From: Methanoregula sp. | GTDB lineage: Archaea; Halobacteriota; Methanomicrobia; Methanomicrobiales; Methanospirillaceae | Reading direction: 5' to 3' | DNA length: 64,000 nucleotides | Assembly: GCA_041645355.1 (NCBI GenBank) | Contig: JBAZQF010000006.1 | Coordinates: 80,816 to 144,815 of the forward strand | In this document: one piece after another, positions 57,934-64,000 of the stretch | Numbering within the stretch: position 1 is the first letter of the stretch | Layout: each line of letters begins with the position of its first letter | Notes under the pieces: model-generated | The model's database searches: none | What the model saw: only the letters and a program-made list of their open reading frames with translations | Told to the model about the DNA's origin: nothing | Program-made: the position numbers and the translations under genes

Positions 57934-58803
57934 GTGAGTGCGAACAGAGTATCAATGTACGTACTCTGCAGCCCCTGCGTACTGAATCCCGGTCTTCGTG
58001 CGGACGGGATTACACGGCCATCGGATCTCGAGCTTTTCCGGCGCTCAATCGAGCGTTGCGAACGGTTCTCCATTGAGATAGTGCCGCTTCCCTGTCCCGA
58101 AACCCTCTATCTGGGACCGGGGCGGAAACCCGGCACGTTCCTCGAACGCCTCAACACTCCGGCATTTGCCGCGCTTATGGACAAACTGGAGCAGGACGTC
58201 CTCAGGATCATCCACGAACGGGGCCCCCCGCTCTGCATTCTCGGCGTAAACTCTTCTCCTACCTGCGGGGTGACGAGTACATATTTCGGGAGCACAGGCA
58301 AAGAATCCTCAAAACGGGCCGGGCGCGGGGTCTTCCTGTCCCGTTTTTCGGATATCCCGGCAATGGATGTATCGATCTTTGCCCGGTACCGGGTATATCT
58401 TGCCGCCCCGCTCTTCTCAGAGGCAGAACGCAGTTACAATGCAACCCTTGCCGATCTCCTTCAAAAGAACCTGTTCGGTGTCTATCTCCCGCAGGAAGCC
58501 GGGGACGATACAAATACCCGGGGAAAGGATGCCCAGAAACAGATATTTTCCGACAATAAAAGAGCTCTTGAGGAATCGGATTTCGTAGTTGCCGTGATCG
58601 ATGGTGCCGACGCAGATTCCGGCACTGCTTGGGAGATGGGATATGCATTCGCGTTCAAAAAACCGGTCATTGCCATCAGGACGGATTTCCGCAGGGTCGG
58701 CCAGTACGAACACGTGAATCTCATGCTTGAAGAATCTTCAACCGTGGTGACCAGCACCCAAGATCTTCTTGATGCACTCCATTCCCCGTTATCCGCCCGG
58801 TAA
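57934..58803 (+). CDS. DUF523/TudS-like domain fused to nucleoside 2-deoxyribosyltransferase domain
   Basis: SPC...PCPE...SSPTCG...GRGVF, then YLAAPLFS...DSGTAWEMGYA. Confidence 0.8.
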   Translation: MSANRVSMYVLCSPCVLNPGLRADGITRPSDLELFRRSIERCERFSIEIVPLPCPETLYLGPGRKPGTFLERLNTPAFAALMDKLEQDVLRIIHERGPPLCILGVNSSPTCGVTSTYFGSTGKESSKRAGRGVFLSRFSDIPAMDVSIFARYRVYLAAPLFSEAERSYNATLADLLQKNLFGVYLPQEAGDDTNTRGKDAQKQIFSDNKRALEESDFVVAVIDGADADSGTAWEMGYAFAFKKPVIAIRTDFRRVGQYEHVNLMLEESSTVVTSTQDLLDALHSPLSAR

Positions 58804-58916
58804 CCGGGCAGGCATAAAAATCCCGTTTTTTACAAAACTGTCCCTTTCTTTTACGGCGTAATTCCGGACAAACCAGGCCTACAGGAACCTATATCAGAAT
58901 ATTTACGCAATAATAA

Positions 58917-60452
58917 ATGATTGCAATGGCGAAGAAGAGAGAGGATCGAACCAGGGAGAAGAAAACCAGCGGGGATCGTGATTGTGACCTTGACGGGGGC
59001 TATCACTCCCCGATCAAAACGGTCCGGGATGTCACGGGGCAGAACATCCGTGACGTGCTCGTCCACAGCAGGTACATGCAGATCCTCCTCTCTCTCACCA
59101 TTATCGGCCTTCTTCTCAGGTTCTATAACCTGGGGTATAACTCCCTCTGGCTCGATGAAGCCTCGACCAACACATTTGCGATCCTGTCGATTTCTGATAT
59201 CTGGCAGGCAACCATGGGAGGTGAATTTAATCCCCCCCTGTTCTACTGGATTGAACACTGCATGCTGGTTTTCGGGAATAACGAGTTCGTTCTCCGGTTT
59301 TTCCCCGCTCTGCTGGGCGTCCTGACAATCCCTCTCGTGTATTTTGTTGGCAGGGAATTCATGGACCGGAATGTCGGGCTCATTGCTGCCGCAGCGTTCG
59401 CCTTCTCCCCATTCCTCATCTTCTATTCACAGGAAGCCCGGGCATATTCGATGATGCTCTTCTTTGTTGCCTTTGCCATGATATTCTATTTCCGGGCCCT
59501 GAAAACAAACGATATAACCAACTGGGCTATCTTCGGTCTTCTTTCGGCACTGGCTTTCTGGTCCCATTTCTATGCTCTCGTCATCATCGGGGCGCTCGTC
59601 CTCTGGGCACTTGTTGTCCAGGCCCTGAAATATTATAAAGATATCCGGATGCTCCTTCCGATGATCATCGGCTGGGCTGTTTTCGCGGTCATCTGCTCCC
59701 CGCTGATCCTCATCACTGTCCAGCTTTTCAGCTCCCGGACTACCGGTGGCCCCACATTCGGGTTGCAGGGACTCCAGATGATAATCGCAACCTTTCAGCA
59801 GCTTTCAGGTTTTTCTGATATTCTCATGTACCTGTTCCTTGCCCTGTTCATAATCGGGATAATTCAGGCATTTATTATCGATAAAAGCAAGGGTGTATTC
59901 CTCGTCCTCCTGACACTTCTCACATTCGTTATCAGCTTTATTCTCTCATACAAGATGCCCATGGTTCCCCGGTACCTGATCTTTTTCAGTATCGTCTTTT
60001 TCCTCGGTATTGCTGTTTCTTATAAAACGCTCAGTATTGTTGTGAACAGCCGCGTGGCGGTGTATGGGTTCATCGCGATCATGTTAGTTCTTAACGTTCC
60101 TATGCTTGCGGGTTATTACTCAGGATTCAGCAAGGATGACTGGAGAGGATTCTCCGGCCAACTACAGCAGGTCACGAAACCTGGAGATCTTGTCGTCGTT
60201 GTCCCGGGTTACGTTTCCCAGCCGCTTAACTATTATTATTCCAACCGTTCTGACCAGACCCGGGAGTTTGGTGCATCCACCGGAACCGAACTTCAGGACC
60301 TATCGGTGCAGAAGGGCAACAATACGGTCTATTATGTGATAACCGGGGATATCGGCTCAGCGAACCCGGGTGGCGATGCCCTTCTATGGTTGAAGGAACA
60401 CTCAAGACCCGTTGCCCAGAACACCGGTATTTATCTCTTCGTATCGCAGTAG
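58917..60452 (+). CDS. GT-C fold glycosyltransferase (PMT_2/GT39-like)
   Basis: SLWLDE, PPLFY and YSQEARAY, multiple TM helices. Confidence 0.85.
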   Translation: MIAMAKKREDRTREKKTSGDRDCDLDGGYHSPIKTVRDVTGQNIRDVLVHSRYMQILLSLTIIGLLLRFYNLGYNSLWLDEASTNTFAILSISDIWQATMGGEFNPPLFYWIEHCMLVFGNNEFVLRFFPALLGVLTIPLVYFVGREFMDRNVGLIAAAAFAFSPFLIFYSQEARAYSMMLFFVAFAMIFYFRALKTNDITNWAIFGLLSALAFWSHFYALVIIGALVLWALVVQALKYYKDIRMLLPMIIGWAVFAVICSPLILITVQLFSSRTTGGPTFGLQGLQMIIATFQQLSGFSDILMYLFLALFIIGIIQAFIIDKSKGVFLVLLTLLTFVISFILSYKMPMVPRYLIFFSIVFFLGIAVSYKTLSIVVNSRVAVYGFIAIMLVLNVPMLAGYYSGFSKDDWRGFSGQLQQVTKPGDLVVVVPGYVSQPLNYYYSNRSDQTREFGASTGTELQDLSVQKGNNTVYYVITGDIGSANPGGDALLWLKEHSRPVAQNTGIYLFVSQ

Positions 60453-60473
60453 AACCCACCTGGATAAACGAAA

Positions 60474-61580
60474 ATGTATGATCTCTCCGTAATCATCCCG
60501 ACATTCAATGAAGAGGAGAACATCCTTACCATCATTGAGGAAGTGGATGCTGTCTTCAAAAAGAGCAACCTCAACGGGGAGATCCTGGTTGTGGATGATA
60601 ATTCCCGGGATCGGACGATTGCCCTTGTCCGGGAGCTGCACACGAAAAAAGAGCATGTAAACATCCTCGTCCGTACTGCCGATCACGGGCTTTCCCAGTC
60701 TGTAGCAGATGGGTTTTCCCACGCCTCCTCCAGGATCTTTGTGGTTATCGATGCAGACCTTTCCCACCCGCCTGCACTTATCCCGAAGATGTACGAGGAG
60801 ATCCTGGCGGGAAATGACATTGTTATCGGCAGCAGGTACATGGAAGGGGGGGGAATCAGACAATGGCCCCTGAAACGGAGGGTTATCTCCATCGGGGCAA
60901 CATTCCTTGGCCGGCTCCTCTTCCCGGATATCAGGGATCCGGTGAGCGGGTTTTTTGCCGTCAGAAAAGAGGTGGTAGCCAGCGCTCCCCTGAAACCCAA
61001 GGGCTATAAAATATTGCTCGAGGTACTTGGAAAGGGAACCTGGGAGAAAGACAAGGAGATCCCGTTTGAATTTGTTGATCGGGAGATCGGGTCGAGCAAA
61101 CTGAAATTCAAAACCATCACCGAATATGCCGGGCAGGTTATTGATATCACCCTCTATTCCTTCTCCCATCACCAAAGTGCTGCATGGAGGGAGTGGAAGA
61201 AGGTTTTCAAGTTCGGGATTGTGGGAATTTCAGGAATTGTGGTAAATCTTGCAATTCTCTTCTGCCTTGTGGAATTTCTTACCCTGAATAAGGATCTGGC
61301 AAGTGCGATTGCAATAGAATTTTCCATCCTGAACAATTTCATCTGGAATGATCTCTGGACCTTCTCTTCTCATGAAAATAACAAGTCTTCGAGCCTGTGG
61401 CGCCGTCTTGTTACATTCAATCTCATATCCGCCGGAGGGGCTCTGATAAATATCGGGATTTTCGTGGTTCTGACCAAATGGTTCGCGGTTTATTATATGG
61501 CAGCCCAGTTTATCGGGATACTTATCGGGTTTATCTGGAATTTCCTTGTCAACCGCAGGATCACGTGGGGCCGGCAGTAA
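60474..61580 (+). CDS. Polyprenol-phosphate glycosyltransferase (DPM1-like GT2) with GtrA domain
   Basis: IIPTFNE, VVDDNS, DADLSH and DPVSGFF; C-terminal 4-TM GtrA. Confidence 0.9.
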   Translation: MYDLSVIIPTFNEEENILTIIEEVDAVFKKSNLNGEILVVDDNSRDRTIALVRELHTKKEHVNILVRTADHGLSQSVADGFSHASSRIFVVIDADLSHPPALIPKMYEEILAGNDIVIGSRYMEGGGIRQWPLKRRVISIGATFLGRLLFPDIRDPVSGFFAVRKEVVASAPLKPKGYKILLEVLGKGTWEKDKEIPFEFVDREIGSSKLKFKTITEYAGQVIDITLYSFSHHQSAAWREWKKVFKFGIVGISGIVVNLAILFCLVEFLTLNKDLASAIAIEFSILNNFIWNDLWTFSSHENNKSSSLWRRLVTFNLISAGGALINIGIFVVLTKWFAVYYMAAQFIGILIGFIWNFLVNRRITWGRQ

Positions 61581-61672
61581 TCCGGACCCGGCAATAAAAA
61601 TACAAAGGAATTTCTGGATAGAATAAAAACGGAAGATCAATAAGGAATACACGATTCAAGAGAGGAATTTAC

Positions 61673-63004
61673 ATGGGGAAAAAAAATAAGACTGATCCTG
61701 AAACAACCGTTAAAAAAGGAAAAAAGGGGAAAATACCCTTTGATTTTCTCAATGTCCGGTTTGATACAATCGAGAGGGATACCATAATGAAGCATATTGT
61801 TCTCCTGGTTGCCGCTTCTCTTCTGACAAAGCTGGTTCTTCTCTTCGTTACAACGTTTGTTTTTCATTCGTTTATCGATCTCTTTGATATCGGGTTCTAT
61901 TTTGACCATGCCAAGCTCCTGCTCCAGGGCCAGTTACCCTATATCAACTATAGTTTCGATTATCCTGTCCTGGTCTTTGTTCCCATCACGATAGCTTTTG
62001 TTCCTGCCCTCCTTTTACAGAATGCCATGACTTTTGTCTACTCCTTCCAGATCCTCATGGTGCTCGCCGACATTGTTACCCTCCTCTGCATCTACCTTAT
62101 CGGGTTGAAGGTGTGGGATGAGAAGAGAGCTTTTTTTGCCGGTCTTCTTTATGCCACCGCTTTCTCGACTGCGTATTTTGTGCTGACAAAATATGATGCG
62201 TTCCCAACCGCTCTCCTGATGCTCGCCATCCTCTTCACCATCTATGGAATGAACCTGAAAGGATACCTCTCTGCAACGCTTGGCTTCTTTGCAAAAATAT
62301 TTCCGGCAATCGCATTTCCGTTCATGCTCCTCTATAATGCAAAGGAGACCTCGATAAAGGAAGAGATTATATCGGTACTGAAAATTGTCGTTCCCGTATC
62401 CGTTGTACTGTTTCTGCCCCTCTTTATCCTGCGCCCTGATGTAATCAATTCCTATCTTTTTGCAACAGGAGGCAGTGTTGGCATCTATGCAAACACAGCA
62501 ACCAATACGATCTGTTTCTGGCTGCAGGATATTGTGCATCTCGGGATTCCGTCATCGGCAGTCTCTCTCCTGATGTATATCCTGATGGGCATCTTCCTCC
62601 TCCTCCTTGTCTTTGTTGCCTATATTGATCCGAAAAAGAACCCGGTGACCCTTCTGAAACTGGTATTATGTGCAATCTTCTGCCTGGTATTTTTCACTAA
62701 ATTCCACAGCCCGCAGTATATTGTCTGGTTCACCCCGTTCCTCTGTCTCCTGGTTGCGGATAACCTCTATACCGTCATTCTGTTCTATATCACCCAGGTC
62801 TTTGCGTACATCGAGTTCCCCCTGATGTTCGGCCGGTTTTATACCAACCTTGAGTATGCAAACCCTGTCGGATCATCCGACTGGTACCTGACCCTGTTCT
62901 TTTTCACGGTCGAGTACGTGGCACTCGTGCTCCTGATCTTCCTGACGGTCCGGCCCGATACCGGAATCATGAAAAGGATCCGGGTCCTCTTTCCCCAAAA
63001 ATAA
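61673..63004 (+). CDS. GT-C membrane glycosyltransferase (GT87-like)
   Basis: LPY...DYP, KYD, KIFP and SPQYIVW. Confidence 0.75.
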   Translation: MGKKNKTDPETTVKKGKKGKIPFDFLNVRFDTIERDTIMKHIVLLVAASLLTKLVLLFVTTFVFHSFIDLFDIGFYFDHAKLLLQGQLPYINYSFDYPVLVFVPITIAFVPALLLQNAMTFVYSFQILMVLADIVTLLCIYLIGLKVWDEKRAFFAGLLYATAFSTAYFVLTKYDAFPTALLMLAILFTIYGMNLKGYLSATLGFFAKIFPAIAFPFMLLYNAKETSIKEEIISVLKIVVPVSVVLFLPLFILRPDVINSYLFATGGSVGIYANTATNTICFWLQDIVHLGIPSSAVSLLMYILMGIFLLLLVFVAYIDPKKNPVTLLKLVLCAIFCLVFFTKFHSPQYIVWFTPFLCLLVADNLYTVILFYITQVFAYIEFPLMFGRFYTNLEYANPVGSSDWYLTLFFFTVEYVALVLLIFLTVRPDTGIMKRIRVLFPQK

Positions 63005-63018
63005 ATTTTTTCTTCTTT

Positions 63019-64000
63019 TTACCCGCAGAGAACCCGGATAATCCGGTCTCCCGCCTTCCCATCCCCGAATGGATTCTCCCATGAGCGGGGCTTTCTCATC
63101 ATTTCCCCGGCCGCATGTACTATCGAATCCGGATTGAACCCGGCGATGATGTTTGCACCGGTCGTTACCGTCTCCGGCCGCTCGGTTGAATCCCGGATAG
63201 TCACACAGGGAACCTTAAGGATGCAGGTCTCTTCCTGTACGCCGCCGGAATCGGTGAGCGCAAGACGTGCATTTGATTCGAGCTGGAGAAATTCCAGAAA
63301 ACCGAGCGGTTTTATCATCCGGAATCCCTTCAGGTTCAGCCCAAACGAGGCTATCATCTTCCCGGTACGGGGATGCACCGGGAAGACCAGCGGCAATCCG
63401 GTCTCTTCGTGGACGCGGGTGAGCCCTTCGAGAATGCCAATAAATCGCTTCTTATTATCGACATTTTCCTGCCGGTGAAGGGTGACAAGGAGGTACCCTT
63501 CAGGCAAAAGCCCCAGGTCTTTTATGGTATCTGCCCGCTTTTTCGATACAGCAAGGTTTTCCTGGACTGCATCCACGATGGTGTTACCCGTTACATGGAT
63601 CTTATCTTCAGGAATGCCCTCATTGAGAAGGTGCTCCCGAGCCTTCCCGGTGGGGGCAAAGAGATACCGGGAAAGGTGATCGGCAACGATGCGGTTCACC
63701 TCTTCCGGCATTGATCGATCGAAACTCCGGAGACCGGCTTCAACATGCCCGACATCGATAGGGGATGTTCCCCGCACATAACACTTGGAAGCTGCAAGGG
63801 TTCCGGCAAGGACCGTGTTGGTATCGCCCTGCACCAGCACGACATCCGGTTTTTTTTCAAGAAGAATTTTTTCAACACCTGCCATGATGGCCCCCGTCTG
63901 TTCGGCATGGCTCTTCGATCCGACATCGAGATTGAAATCCGGGCGGGGGAGCTCGAGCTCTTCAAAAAAGACCCTGTCCATCTCGTACGAATAGTGCTGG
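63019..64000 (-). CDS. wecB: UDP-N-acetylglucosamine 2-epimerase (5' end outside the window)
   Basis: QGDT, HVEAGLRS, PEE.NR, TLHR.EN, TDSGGVQEE and TERPE. Confidence 0.93.
   Translation of the reverse strand, partial: QHYSYEMDRVFFEELELPRPDFNLDVGSKSHAEQTGAIMAGVEKILLEKKPDVVLVQGDTNTVLAGTLAASKCYVRGTSPIDVGHVEAGLRSFDRSMPEEVNRIVADHLSRYLFAPTGKAREHLLNEGIPEDKIHVTGNTIVDAVQENLAVSKKRADTIKDLGLLPEGYLLVTLHRQENVDNKKRFIGILEGLTRVHEETGLPLVFPVHPRTGKMIASFGLNLKGFRMIKPLGFLEFLQLESNARLALTDSGGVQEETCILKVPCVTIRDSTERPETVTTGANIIAGFNPDSIVHAAGEMMRKPRSWENPFGDGKAGDRIIRVLCG

Noticed and set aside
1-64000. tRNA/rRNA genes, transposases, integrases, prophage, Sec/Pyl read-through
   Set aside because: No cloverleaf, rRNA or mobile-element motifs were recognised, and no in-frame stops interrupt recognisable genes (inspection by eye only).

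Overview
Ordinary chromosomal segment of a hydrogenotrophic methanogenic archaeon, most consistent with Methanomicrobiales (Methanoregula-like). This placement is inferred from the gene set, not from a database search. The window contains the likely replication origin (orc1/cdc6, inverted ORB boxes and an AT-rich unwinding element at about 49.6-50.1 kb), a complete echABCDEF hydrogenase operon divergent from a K+-independent H+-pyrophosphatase, two cofH copies, thiC, the PolD small subunit, pdxST, cbiB, purA, hel308, cgi121, rio1, a KH protein, tyrS, gap, tsr3, an HxlR-linked flavoprotein cluster, an ABC transporter and the start of a glycosylation cluster. I saw no tRNA, rRNA, CRISPR array, transposase or prophage. 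The most unusual features are: (1) a non-coding array at 4.1-4.5 kb of palindromic 17-mers with exact 25-bp spacing plus two long palindromes, next to a GC-rich hairpin element that appears to replace the HEPN partner of an orphan MNT antitoxin; (2) a membrane PAS/HATPase sensor with a degenerate H-box fused to a GNAT acetyltransferase; (3) a circularly permuted ABC substrate-binding protein; (4) a structured, possibly switchable leader upstream of hppA; (5) a DUF523/TudS-nucleoside deoxyribosyltransferase fusion; (6) extra ORB boxes in the hel308 promoter. All family assignments are from motif recognition by eye.
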